Part shown: piece by piece, positions 51,170 through 60,710 of the stretch
How the letters are laid out: each line of letters begins with the position of its first letter
Numbering within the stretch: position 1 is the first letter of the stretch
Source of the DNA: an uncultured Gammaproteobacteria bacterium
Lineage (GTDB): Bacteria > Patescibacteriota > Microgenomatia > CAZETR01 > Amesbacteraceae
Assembly: GCA_964518565.1 (NCBI GenBank)
Contig: CAZFGX010000001.1
Coordinates: 360,409-424,408 of the forward strand
Direction of reading: 5' to 3'
Length of the DNA stretch: 64,000 bases
Notes under the pieces: model-generated
What the model was told of the DNA's origin: nothing
Database searches by the model: none
The model's input: the letters and a program-made list of their open reading frames with translations, nothing else
Made by a program: the position numbers and the translations under genes

Positions 51170-51202
51170 GCAGATTGGAGTCATGCTAATGGCGTACGAA
51201 TA

Positions 51203-54200
51203 ATGTATCAGATTTGTAAAACAGCCAACGTCTTTCCTACTCGATTAGTCGACCGTTCGCCAACGCTTGGAATTCCAGAGAGTGACCTACTCAATAGTCG
51301 AGACGCGCTGCTAAATTTAGTAGCAGAAGCGGGTAAGTTTAGTAACGAAAAACAAGCAGACGATTGGATAGAATCTACAGCTTCGCGTATTTCTGAATTC
51401 ACCATGAGTCGTGCTCAGATCCAAGCAGAGGCTATTAAATCCAGCCTGAGTCCAGTAGTTATTAAAGATACAGTCCGTAGCATGCTTACTTCAGAACATA
51501 ATGTGGATTTCGATCAGTATTCATTGCAAACAATCGCTGCATTAGCCGAAGCTACAAATATGCCTGGTCCTTTTATGGAAAATGACCAAATTCGTGAACA
51601 TGTTATAAAACAAATTAGCTATACATATACACGCGTAGACGATGGTGTCTATTGGCAGGCCAGACGAAGTGAATGGATTAGTGCATACAAAAAATTATTT
51701 GGCGAAGATCTCGAAGCTGCTGTCAGTACAGAAGATTTGGCAAGAGTCGCAAGTCAATATTTCGATTGGTTGCGTGACGGCAATCAACTAACAAAAGATC
51801 AGATTCATATCTTAACTCGCGATAAAGACAAATTTTACCCCGGAGGTGATGTAATGAATCGTTTTATTACTCAAGAAGTATATAAATATTTAAATCAGGT
51901 AGACAAAGACACGCAAAACTTTGGCAGAATTGAACTATCATATAGAAATTTTATAAACCATCTTCGAACATTTTCCCAAGACTATTTAGACAATGACCCG
52001 ATATTGGCGAGTCCTGAGAATCCACAACTACTTGGAAATATAGAATATTTTTTATCCAGCAAAGATTTTTTACACCAACAAGATAGATTGGTTGATTTCT
52101 TACATGCTGTTGATGAGTCACTGGGCTGTCCCGTCTCACAAGAAATAAATTTAGGAATAGCATTTTTACACAGCAATATTGAATCTTTAGTAGACAATAT
52201 GCCGGAAAGTTATAAATCATACAAATCCTTAGCTGAAAAAATATCCTGCAATTTTTCATTTACACCCGAGCAAGCCAGTCAGCTAATAGCCAAATTGATC
52301 AATAAATACCAATTTTCCAACTACACCACTCCGAGAGCCCTCTCTGAAGATATAAAAAAAATGTATCAGTTGTTGGGTCAGGCGCCAGATCGAGAACGGG
52401 ATGTCATGCTTCTGACAAGAAAAGCCTACGATTCTGCCTGGGGTTCAGAAACCAAACTTGAAGAAATGCGCGATGAGTTTAGCCTGAATTATGATCCAGA
52501 TAGGCTGCAAGCAATTCAAAAAAACTGGACCAACAGATTTTTAGAGCGACCAACAGACAATGGTATGTCATTGATTGCAGCTGCAAAATATGCCGCGTTT
52601 CGACCGACAGGTGAACAAGGTGTAAGTCAAAAAGCGGTCGAATCTAGATGCTGGAGTCTACTTCGATCCAAAAACGGTATCCACCAAATTGAACTACTTC
52701 GTGAAGCAACAGGTATAACTCCCACATTCGATGATCAAAATCGTCTCAATCAAGCATATGCTGGCGCGCTTTTTGATAAAGATTTTAGTTTGTACAAATC
52801 AATTCAATCGCTGACCGGCATTCAGCCAGATTTTTCCGACCGGCAAGTAAACTCTGCTGTAAAAGGCTATATCAAATATTGCATATCAAGTAGAGGACAT
52901 GGTTTTAAGGAAACAGTTACTGAACTTAGTGAACAACTTGGAGTACCCCTAAATTATAACGAAGACGAACTTAAAGAAATTTTACGTTCGTCTTTAGGTG
53001 TGCCTCAAGAATCCAGTCCAGTCGTGAAAGAATTCTTGACTCGAATAACTGGCAAAACTGAACTGCCATTTGAAATGGTAAATGGGTCAGTTCAGTCCCT
53101 ATACCACAGGATTATTAATCGTGCTGGAAATATGGATATCATGGTTTCAAACCTACAAGAATTTACCGGTATCAAACCAGAATGGAATCAAAAAGAAGTT
53201 TTAGATTCAATGGCAGCGTTTATAAGCACTCCTTTCGTTTGCGTCAAAATAGCCGAGACAACCGGCATTAAACTTTCCATGGCTGATGAAAGTTTTATTC
53301 ATCATGTCAAAGATCAGTATATAAAATTTTTAATCCGCAAAAATACTTCTGCTGCCGAAGCATTGATTGTGGCTTTTGGTAAAGAAATAACAGTTTCTCC
53401 AGCTGATGCTGTTCAAATATTAAAAGATAATTATATATCTGCAAAAACAGATCTGACAGGCATGCTGGATCTGGTCGAACAAGCCAAAGAGGGTGGGGTA
53501 TTTTCCCTAGATGCTCAAAGGATTGACCAACTGGTTCAAGAGTGGGCCAATGTCGTATCTACGTCAGACACCACTAGTCGAGTAGGAGAACTACGTCTGG
53601 CCTGTGAAAAATTTGGCTTCTCTTATTCAAAATTATCCTCTCCAGCGCAACAAAAATTTGCCGCGTGGTTTTTGGATCCTCAGGTGGCCAACGAAGCTAG
53701 ATATTTTGCCACATCGCCAAAAACAGAAATTCAAGAGCCATTTAAACGTGAATTGGAACAAGTTCTAAAAAAGACCCTTATATCAAATTCACCAGAGCAT
53801 ATGTGCACACTGCTCGATAACGTCAAAGACAACTATCCGTCTTTGGCTGAACAAGTTCGTTCGCGAATATATATCCAATGTAGAGACAATTTGAGCCGTA
53901 TTATCGTTTTATCTGGTTTAGATGATTGGGTTCCTTTGTTGGAGACAATGGCCCCATCACCTCAAGAACGACAAAGTTTTTACGCCCAAATCATGGAAAA
54001 TCGTGTACCTAATCCAAATGAAATGGAACAATTTATTAAATATTCGTTACTCGCTGGCAAGCAAGTAGATTTAGAACAATACACCACACCATTAATCAAT
54101 AGTTTTATGTTAAACCCTCTCTCTGCTACCAGCTTCTTTTCGGTACTCGACGGTTTGTCTGAAAAAAACCCAGCCATAAAATTTTCATATTCCCAATTAA

Positions 54201-57200
54201 AAAAACATCCCTGGATCGACTCCTTTAACAAGCTTGTCCTACTCCAACGTCGTACTACTAACACAGAGCATGATCCCTGGGTGAAAGAGCTTCCTGGTTT
54301 GCTAAGCACCATCAAGTCAAATCATCAATTAGATTTTGATAGTTCAGCACAGGCTCGAGCCTTCAATCGATATTTTGAAAATTTTGGCATGTTAAACTTA
54401 CCCACTATTTTTGGCATGTATTTCGAATTAGGGACGACAGATATCAAAAACATAGATCCAAATATGCAAAAAACTCTAGCGGAAATTGGCATTGCCACTA
54501 CATTTTCAGGTGGAAAACCACGCGAAATGCAAGATATATTTGTAGATTTTGAAGCCTTTTGTCACCAGTTTCGCATTTCGCTCACCCACGATAGGCTGCC
54601 TCCTGGCATCCAGACAGCGGTAGGTCGTGAATATTACGAATATTTACGTGGCGCCTCTAGCCATTCAAGCAGTACTTATTCTACCGAACAGGTCTTGCGC
54701 CAAGTAGAAAATATGTACACCAGCCAACCAGAAAAGTACAAAGTCCCCGAATATTTACAACCTGCCACATTCACCGTCGAGTCAAAAAAAAGAAACAATT
54801 CTTCAGCCATAACCAAAGAAAAAGCCGTCGCCACCAAAAAAATTCTTGAAAGCAGTCAGTCGACCGAAGTGTTTAGAGCTCCCTATGCGGCCATGTCAGA
54901 AGCGTTTTCTACTCCTCGTACATTGTCAGAAATGCGTGATCAAGTCGTAAACACCCTTGAAGCAAAACAAACAAAAATGCTCCAAACACTAGGCTGGTCT
55001 GTAGAAAATCTAGATGTTTTATTGGCCAATTCCGAATCATCAGATAGAAAAACAGCCGGTCTAGTCGAAAATCTCAAAGGCGTCAGAACTGCTATGACAG
55101 ATATTAGACAGACCGCCAACATAGCTGTTGAACCGGGTACAGAAGCTGAAACCGGATATGTGGAACAGGTCGCTTTTTTGACAGCGTTGGCAAAAAATAT
55201 TTCTCAAGTCAAAATCGAATCACTGCGCACCGCCTCTTTGCAATTTTTTGCCTCGTTGCAGTCTCCTGAGATGAAAACTCAAATGTTGGGTATTAAAAAT
55301 TTGATCGATATAGCTGATCCAACAGGTGCGTACTACTATGCAGATGCACTAAAAAACAACGTGTTAGAACATTTCTTATTTAACACTGGCACACCTGAAG
55401 AAATACGTGCCCATTCGGGCCACCAACCATTTGATCCTGAAACTCATCATGCTATTGCCAAAGCTTTAGGGGTAAATGTTATGCAACAAGACAAACGATC
55501 AACCATCCCTATCGACGCACTACTTGACCGGCTAAAGCAGTTAGATGAAGAAACCGAAGAAGCCAGTAAAATAAAAGAAAATATATCAATGATTCCTGTG
55601 GGGGGTATTGGCCTTGTTATGGCTCCGTATTCCGGTGATATGTGCGCTTCGAAACTTGATATGGATATTGCTCGAACAACTAAATACCCTGGGCTAAATG
55701 CATATATGTATGTCACAAATGAAGGCAAGTCAAATGAAAAAATTGTCGGTAGTATGTTTGTCATGTCCACGAAAAGTGAAGATGGAGCACCGACACTTTT
55801 ATTCCGGGCAAATAATCCCCGCCAAAATTACATCAAAGATATGAATGCGGAGCAGTTTGTAAAAGCCTCCGTCGGCCATATTGTAGACGATGCTCGACGT
55901 CTCTGGGCCACTCAAGAGCCCAGAACAAAAGTCAGAGTTGTCACCCCAATTGATGGAGCTAGTCAAAGTGCCACAAATCGGCCAGATATTTTTGCCGCTA
56001 CCTTGAGTCTGTTGGGTCAACCAAAACCCATTCCGCTCGAATATTCAGAGACGACATATTTTAACCAGTATGCAAGTTACGACTCCACCCTAACTCAGCC
56101 AGGTTATAATCGTGCCAGCCGACTAGTATTTGAAATAGACAACGATGGCACAGAAACCTGGCATGCCAAACAAGATTACATGGGCATAAATAAGCAATCC
56201 GAGCATTTTCCTGCCCCTGCCTTATCTATCAAACAATTGGATTCCAACTCTGGTCGAGAAATAGAAGGTATCGCTTCAGCGGAGCTCAACTTCCGCCGTT
56301 TGCGTAGTGATAGAGACTATTCAGTATTGTCTCAAAATTCTCGTATCACCGGTTCGGAAAATTTTTCAAAATATGTCTATTTCATTGATACGGTTGGAGA
56401 AGAAGATATCCAGACATTGCAAGTCGAAGCCCCACATTGGCGATCCGTCACCTCCAAAGAACCAGAAGTAAAATTTGAATACAACTTCACGACACCAGAT
56501 GGAAATGTAATTAGCGAACCATATTTTGTAGCAAATACAAAAGGCTGTGGGTACACCAAACCCACTGCCAAAGGTCAAAATTTCGCCAACTATTCCAGTT
56601 GGACATTAGATCCAAAAAATTCCGAATCCAAAGTCTATGGATGTATTTCCGAATGGGAAGGGGAAGATACTAGTTTTTATGTCGAAAAATCAAACGAACT
56701 GACTGCAGCCGGCTTACGCTGTGAAATGAATTGGGCTACGACAAAAGTTGAAGCTTTGCCGTTTCGGGGTAAGATGCGTTCCGTAGCATGGTTAAAACAA
56801 CATGGAGTATTGCCTAATGATCCAGATTATTTCCCAGTCATAAATGTCCGTCTTCTAAAAACTAATACCCGAATAGAAGAAGCTCTTGAGGCTTCTGGGC
56901 GTCGAAAAGAAATTTTTAACGAAGCGTTTGAAACCTTTAACAAAGAACAAGCCTACAAAGGCCAGTCAGTATTTCCAGTCGAATCGCAAATTACCAAAGA
57001 TGCTTATTTTAAATTTTTCTTTGAATCGATGGCCAAAAATATGGCCGTCTTATTAAACGGGGATTATATCTATGCCGGAGATTCATCGTCACTTCACTCT
57101 TCAAATGTCAGCATGGCTGCTGAAGTAATGGATATCGATACGGTACACATAAATTCAGAAAACGCCCAAGACAATCCGGAACAATTAGTTCAAACGTTTG

Positions 57201-57493
57201 GCGTCGCATTGGGACATTTAAAAGATATGGGCAATGTTGCCACTGGATTACGTGATCTACTCAATGCTGCCGACGCAGCCAAGATCAAGTATCAAGGCGC
57301 CGAAGATTTGGTCGATATGTTTATGGCAAAGTTGGATCAAGAGTTGTCAGAAGAAAAACTTAACGTATTCGATCACAAAAAAGAGGACGTGACAAAATGG
57401 ATGGAGTGGCTACTTAGAAAGGTCGTCATCAATGGTGATGGACTTCCGTCTCTAAAGCGGGTAGATATATCAGAGTGGGGCAGAACCCGATGA
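51203..57493 (+). CDS. Giant multidomain orphan (helical repeats, possible GNAT-like and atypical kinase/SelO-like domains)
   Basis: Uninterrupted 2096-aa ORF; domain calls are motif-level only. Confidence 0.8.
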   Translation: MYQICKTANVFPTRLVDRSPTLGIPESDLLNSRDALLNLVAEAGKFSNEKQADDWIESTASRISEFTMSRAQIQAEAIKSSLSPVVIKDTVRSMLTSEHNVDFDQYSLQTIAALAEATNMPGPFMENDQIREHVIKQISYTYTRVDDGVYWQARRSEWISAYKKLFGEDLEAAVSTEDLARVASQYFDWLRDGNQLTKDQIHILTRDKDKFYPGGDVMNRFITQEVYKYLNQVDKDTQNFGRIELSYRNFINHLRTFSQDYLDNDPILASPENPQLLGNIEYFLSSKDFLHQQDRLVDFLHAVDESLGCPVSQEINLGIAFLHSNIESLVDNMPESYKSYKSLAEKISCNFSFTPEQASQLIAKLINKYQFSNYTTPRALSEDIKKMYQLLGQAPDRERDVMLLTRKAYDSAWGSETKLEEMRDEFSLNYDPDRLQAIQKNWTNRFLERPTDNGMSLIAAAKYAAFRPTGEQGVSQKAVESRCWSLLRSKNGIHQIELLREATGITPTFDDQNRLNQAYAGALFDKDFSLYKSIQSLTGIQPDFSDRQVNSAVKGYIKYCISSRGHGFKETVTELSEQLGVPLNYNEDELKEILRSSLGVPQESSPVVKEFLTRITGKTELPFEMVNGSVQSLYHRIINRAGNMDIMVSNLQEFTGIKPEWNQKEVLDSMAAFISTPFVCVKIAETTGIKLSMADESFIHHVKDQYIKFLIRKNTSAAEALIVAFGKEITVSPADAVQILKDNYISAKTDLTGMLDLVEQAKEGGVFSLDAQRIDQLVQEWANVVSTSDTTSRVGELRLACEKFGFSYSKLSSPAQQKFAAWFLDPQVANEARYFATSPKTEIQEPFKRELEQVLKKTLISNSPEHMCTLLDNVKDNYPSLAEQVRSRIYIQCRDNLSRIIVLSGLDDWVPLLETMAPSPQERQSFYAQIMENRVPNPNEMEQFIKYSLLAGKQVDLEQYTTPLINSFMLNPLSATSFFSVLDGLSEKNPAIKFSYSQLKKHPWIDSFNKLVLLQRRTTNTEHDPWVKELPGLLSTIKSNHQLDFDSSAQARAFNRYFENFGMLNLPTIFGMYFELGTTDIKNIDPNMQKTLAEIGIATTFSGGKPREMQDIFVDFEAFCHQFRISLTHDRLPPGIQTAVGREYYEYLRGASSHSSSTYSTEQVLRQVENMYTSQPEKYKVPEYLQPATFTVESKKRNNSSAITKEKAVATKKILESSQSTEVFRAPYAAMSEAFSTPRTLSEMRDQVVNTLEAKQTKMLQTLGWSVENLDVLLANSESSDRKTAGLVENLKGVRTAMTDIRQTANIAVEPGTEAETGYVEQVAFLTALAKNISQVKIESLRTASLQFFASLQSPEMKTQMLGIKNLIDIADPTGAYYYADALKNNVLEHFLFNTGTPEEIRAHSGHQPFDPETHHAIAKALGVNVMQQDKRSTIPIDALLDRLKQLDEETEEASKIKENISMIPVGGIGLVMAPYSGDMCASKLDMDIARTTKYPGLNAYMYVTNEGKSNEKIVGSMFVMSTKSEDGAPTLLFRANNPRQNYIKDMNAEQFVKASVGHIVDDARRLWATQEPRTKVRVVTPIDGASQSATNRPDIFAATLSLLGQPKPIPLEYSETTYFNQYASYDSTLTQPGYNRASRLVFEIDNDGTETWHAKQDYMGINKQSEHFPAPALSIKQLDSNSGREIEGIASAELNFRRLRSDRDYSVLSQNSRITGSENFSKYVYFIDTVGEEDIQTLQVEAPHWRSVTSKEPEVKFEYNFTTPDGNVISEPYFVANTKGCGYTKPTAKGQNFANYSSWTLDPKNSESKVYGCISEWEGEDTSFYVEKSNELTAAGLRCEMNWATTKVEALPFRGKMRSVAWLKQHGVLPNDPDYFPVINVRLLKTNTRIEEALEASGRRKEIFNEAFETFNKEQAYKGQSVFPVESQITKDAYFKFFFESMAKNMAVLLNGDYIYAGDSSSLHSSNVSMAAEVMDIDTVHINSENAQDNPEQLVQTFGVALGHLKDMGNVATGLRDLLNAADAAKIKYQGAEDLVDMFMAKLDQELSEEKLNVFDHKKEDVTKWMEWLLRKVVINGDGLPSLKRVDISEWGRTR

Positions 57494-57506
57494 TATAATC
57501 TCTCCC

Positions 57507-57830
57507 ATGTCCAAAGAATGTCCAGTCATTTCCCAGCTGCGTGAATCATTAGAGATGGATTTGCAGGTTGCCATACCCCATGTTGTAAATACACGAGAGC
57601 CGTATGTGAGTATTACGCCTCTATTGCCACTAGAGTGCCAATCTTGCAGATTCAAAGCCACAGCTGAGACCCAATTTACTGTTGGACTTCGAGGTGGAGA
57701 TATAGGTGGAGCATTCAGACAATCTGCTGGGCAATCCTGTGACCAAATCCAAAAAAATCCTGCTAACTCAAAAGATATAACTCCCACCTTGGCAAATATC
57801 GTCCGGACGATCATGACTTCGGCTAAATAA
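57507..57830 (+). CDS. Small 4-Cys hypothetical protein
   Basis: ECPV...ECxxC.F...C; TATAAT-N7-ATG. Confidence 0.7.
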   Translation: MSKECPVISQLRESLEMDLQVAIPHVVNTREPYVSITPLLPLECQSCRFKATAETQFTVGLRGGDIGGAFRQSAGQSCDQIQKNPANSKDITPTLANIVRTIMTSAK

Positions 57831-57840
57831 TAAAAATTGC

Positions 57841-57878
57841 AAAAAAAAGGCCGGACAATGCTTTCGCACTCTCCGGCC
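57841..57878 (-). terminator. Intrinsic terminator
   Basis: GGCCGGA..GTGC-GAAA-GCAT..TCCGGCC followed by T8 on the minus strand. Confidence 0.88.
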
Positions 57879-57910
57879 ACAGAACAATTAATTACACATT
57901 GTCGAATAAG

Positions 57911-58801
57911 CTACAGACCCAAAAGAGTCTTTCCACCTACGCTGACCCACTCGTTGCGCTGTTTGGCTACCTTTGCCTCAAATGCCGAAGGGGCACCTGA
58001 CTGCAACAAGCGTGATTGTTTGGGAGGAGGAGTTCGGAGCAATTCCAGTCGGCGCATTTCAGCGATTTGCGCCTCGGTGTGCTCCATTGAGCCAAACAAG
58101 CGGCTCATCTTTTTGGAGTAAACCACTAGTTTTCGATTCCGACCTTTCAGAGCGCGACGTGCACGCTTCCGATCGACTACTTCTGCGAGTCGAGCCAAAA
58201 TCTGCTCATCCGTCATCCGGCTGATCACCTTTGGCTGCGGGAGAACAACTGGCGTGATTCTGACCGGCATGTATGCCGGGTTCACGTTCAACTGTTTTGC
58301 CTCTTTCTCGATCTTTTTGTCGATCTTTGGCGGCTGATTAAAAAATCTTGCCCTCAGCACAATGCCGTGGTGGTCGTCAGGACATTCTCCGGCAAATACA
58401 AACTTATCGATTTTGCCGGGCTTGGCACTTGAGGGTACATAGACCCTCCGTCCATCCACCTCTACAAAACGTAGATCGCCATCAGCACAAACCAGCCACA
58501 TGTAGGTCTGTCCCACAACCAAGCTTGAGACTTTTGTATCATCAAGTCTTGCAACGAGACAATTTTTCCCCACATGAACGATTTTGACCTTGTGGGTACC
58601 AAGAGGTACCCCATGACCAAAAACTATCACTTTTCCGAGCCTGCCAACGGGATCAACTCCTCGCTGATTTGGCTCAAACGTAATCGTGTGCACATCTCCG
58701 ACCTTTGTTGGAGGGTTTTGGAGTTGTGCACGTGGGGTCTGCTGAACATTTTGAGAGTTGAAATTTGAACGAGTTGCAACTGGCATAACTAACGTAGTCA
58801 T
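57911..58801 (-). CDS. Putative tandem TRAM-domain RNA-binding protein with basic C-terminus
   Basis: KVGDVHTITFE...G.DPVGRLG..IVF......G.HKVKIVHVGKNCLVAR plus a second similar unit; start at ATG 58801. Confidence 0.6.
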   Translation of the reverse strand: MTTLVMPVATRSNFNSQNVQQTPRAQLQNPPTKVGDVHTITFEPNQRGVDPVGRLGKVIVFGHGVPLGTHKVKIVHVGKNCLVARLDDTKVSSLVVGQTYMWLVCADGDLRFVEVDGRRVYVPSSAKPGKIDKFVFAGECPDDHHGIVLRARFFNQPPKIDKKIEKEAKQLNVNPAYMPVRITPVVLPQPKVISRMTDEQILARLAEVVDRKRARRALKGRNRKLVVYSKKMSRLFGSMEHTEAQIAEMRRLELLRTPPPKQSRLLQSGAPSAFEAKVAKQRNEWVSVGGKTLLGL

Positions 58802-58938
58802 ATTTACCTTCCATTTGTTCAACCTAATTTCTGCCGATATCCATAGTCGCAACTATGTCATCTCAGTCACAGAATCCCCATTCGGTCAGGTGGGAACCAA
58901 AAAAGCCCAAAATTTAGGCACTTTTGCTTCCCACCTGG

Positions 58939-59035
58939 AATATGTAATTATTGTCTGTTAAAGAGCTAAATATAGCCTCAAATTAGCCATGTTTCGCATT
59001 GAATCTAGGCCAACAGATCTATATCCTATAGTATA
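58939..59035 (-). promoter_or_regulatory. Cassette leader: TATACT, canonical boxA GCTCTTTAACA, stem arm
   Basis: boxA at 58956-58966; arm 58939-58958 pairs with 57879-57900. Confidence 0.8.
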
Positions 59036-59088
59036 GCACATTTTTGCCTGCTTGGCAACTTGTCAGCCTGGGTGTATATATAGGACAA

Positions 59089-59406
59089 ATGGTAGAGTGC
59101 CCTGTGGCCAAATACCTGAAACCAGACATGAAATACGCTCTAGAGATAGGCGTAGGGACAGCCTACCAAACCGGCCGAAACGTCCACTATACTTCCGATC
59201 CCATTCGTACTGAATGCACAGCCTGTCCTTTCTCAGATACTGTAGTGATCTCTGTAGAATGTACTACTGGTGTAGAAATCGCTGCCTCAGTCAGATCCGA
59301 AAAATCAACTGATATTTGTGAAACAGGTAACCAAGCACTGGGTATGGTAATCCAAAAATTTATTCACGATGAATTTGTAGCTCCACAAAACGCTCATAAC
59401 AACTAA
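59089..59406 (+). CDS. Small Cys-rich hypothetical protein, paralog-like to 57507
   Basis: ECPV...ECTACPF...C. Confidence 0.65.
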   Translation: MVECPVAKYLKPDMKYALEIGVGTAYQTGRNVHYTSDPIRTECTACPFSDTVVISVECTTGVEIAASVRSEKSTDICETGNQALGMVIQKFIHDEFVAPQNAHNN

Positions 59407-59413
59407 ATTCCAC

Positions 59414-59451
59414 AAAAAAAGCGCCTGTGGATCTTTAGGATCCGCAAGCGC
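59414..59451 (-). terminator. Intrinsic terminator
   Basis: GCGCTTGCGGATC-CTAAA-GATCCACAGGCGC followed by T7. Confidence 0.88.
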
Positions 59452-59459
59452 AAACGAAA

Positions 59460-59750
59460 CTATTGAAAAGCCTTGTGCTGTACAAAGCCTTCACCAGGAT
59501 GCCAGCCAGCTGTCAAACAGCTTTGAAAGGCATGCACCCTTTTTTCAAAATTAGGGATAGAAGGGAATTGTAGGCAGTCAGGATGAAAGACAACCTGATC
59601 TGCTGCGGGTAAAATAGCTACTACTTGAGGGTCTGCATGTTCATCGCGAAAAAAGTTTTCATGCACCCAAAAACCCTTGACCCAAAAGTACCAAATATTA
59701 CCTACTCGAATAGCGGAACCTTCCTCGGGTAAAACAGTTGCAAAACGCAT
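59460..59750 (-). CDS. Hypothetical protein
   Basis: AAGGAGG SD 6 nt before ATG 59750. Confidence 0.7.
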   Translation of the reverse strand: MRFATVLPEEGSAIRVGNIWYFWVKGFWVHENFFRDEHADPQVVAILPAADQVVFHPDCLQFPSIPNFEKRVHAFQSCLTAGWHPGEGFVQHKAFQ

Positions 59751-59761
59751 AGTCATCCTCC

Positions 59762-60196
59762 TTAACCTTGAAATGTATCAAAAATTGGCACACTGTGTTT
59801 AATGTCCAATAATTCTTTAGGCCTGAATTTAGCAACTATCGCACGAAGTCGAGTTGACATAATTTCCACAAAAACAGGGATATTGTTTGTCATCCACAGT
59901 AAGTTCACCGTCTGTGTAAACAAATATGTTCCATACCCCTTACCACGAAACTCAGGCTTAATATAAATTGCCGAAATTGAAGTGAGTGGCAACTCTGACA
60001 CCAAGGTTTGCTCAACCTTTCCTAGTAAGCACACGCCAATCAACACATTATCTAGATATAGACCAGTACCTGAATCAAGACTTTGAATCAAAATATCCTG
60101 ACTAAATAGCAGTCTTTTCACATGACTATCGGGGAGTTTTGCAATCCACATCAAGAGTTGTTCTTTAGATACTGGATACACGATATATGTGCTCAT
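59762..60196 (-). CDS. GNAT family acetyltransferase
   Basis: ISAIYIKPEFRGKGYGTYL acetyl-CoA motif; AAGGAGG SD. Confidence 0.85.
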   Translation of the reverse strand: MSTYIVYPVSKEQLLMWIAKLPDSHVKRLLFSQDILIQSLDSGTGLYLDNVLIGVCLLGKVEQTLVSELPLTSISAIYIKPEFRGKGYGTYLFTQTVNLLWMTNNIPVFVEIMSTRLRAIVAKFRPKELLDIKHSVPIFDTFQG

Positions 60197-60216
60197 ATCC
60201 ATCCTCCTTATCTTGT

Positions 60217-60621
60217 CTAAAAATCATTCAACAAATCGAAATTGATTGATGCTGGCTCAACGTGAACCAGATCGGTTGTAAAGAGAGCCAGAATTCTGGA
60301 AAGACTGCGAGAACCAGCGGTCACATGAATAGGCGTCAATTTCATAGAATCACAAATCTCTAGTGTCAGTTGTAATAAAAATGTTCCATAGCCTTTGCCA
60401 CGAAATTCTGGAATTACATAGATTGCCGAAATACGGGGTATTTCGCGTGCAATAATTGCCGTCACGCCTACGAGTCGATCATCTACATATAACCCCGTTG
60501 CGCCATCCATAATGCCCAATGTTTCAGGGGAAAATAGTTTCAGTGTCAAAGGTGTGCGACGCAGACCCTTTACCCAGCCGTGAAATTCCGAAGTGCTCAA
60601 ATAGGTTACTCGAGCAGACAT
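60217..60621 (-). CDS. GNAT family acetyltransferase
   Basis: ISAIYVIPEFRGKGYGTFL; AGGAGG SD; boxA-like GTACCTTTCAAA at 60641-60652. Confidence 0.85.
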   Translation of the reverse strand: MSARVTYLSTSEFHGWVKGLRRTPLTLKLFSPETLGIMDGATGLYVDDRLVGVTAIIAREIPRISAIYVIPEFRGKGYGTFLLQLTLEICDSMKLTPIHVTAGSRSLSRILALFTTDLVHVEPASINFDLLNDF

Positions 60622-60710
60622 AAAGCCTCCTAAATCCAAATTTGAAAGGTACTCTCGCACAATTAGCCTCATGCAAGAGCCCATAGTATACTCTCTTCTA
60701 ATCCAAAACT

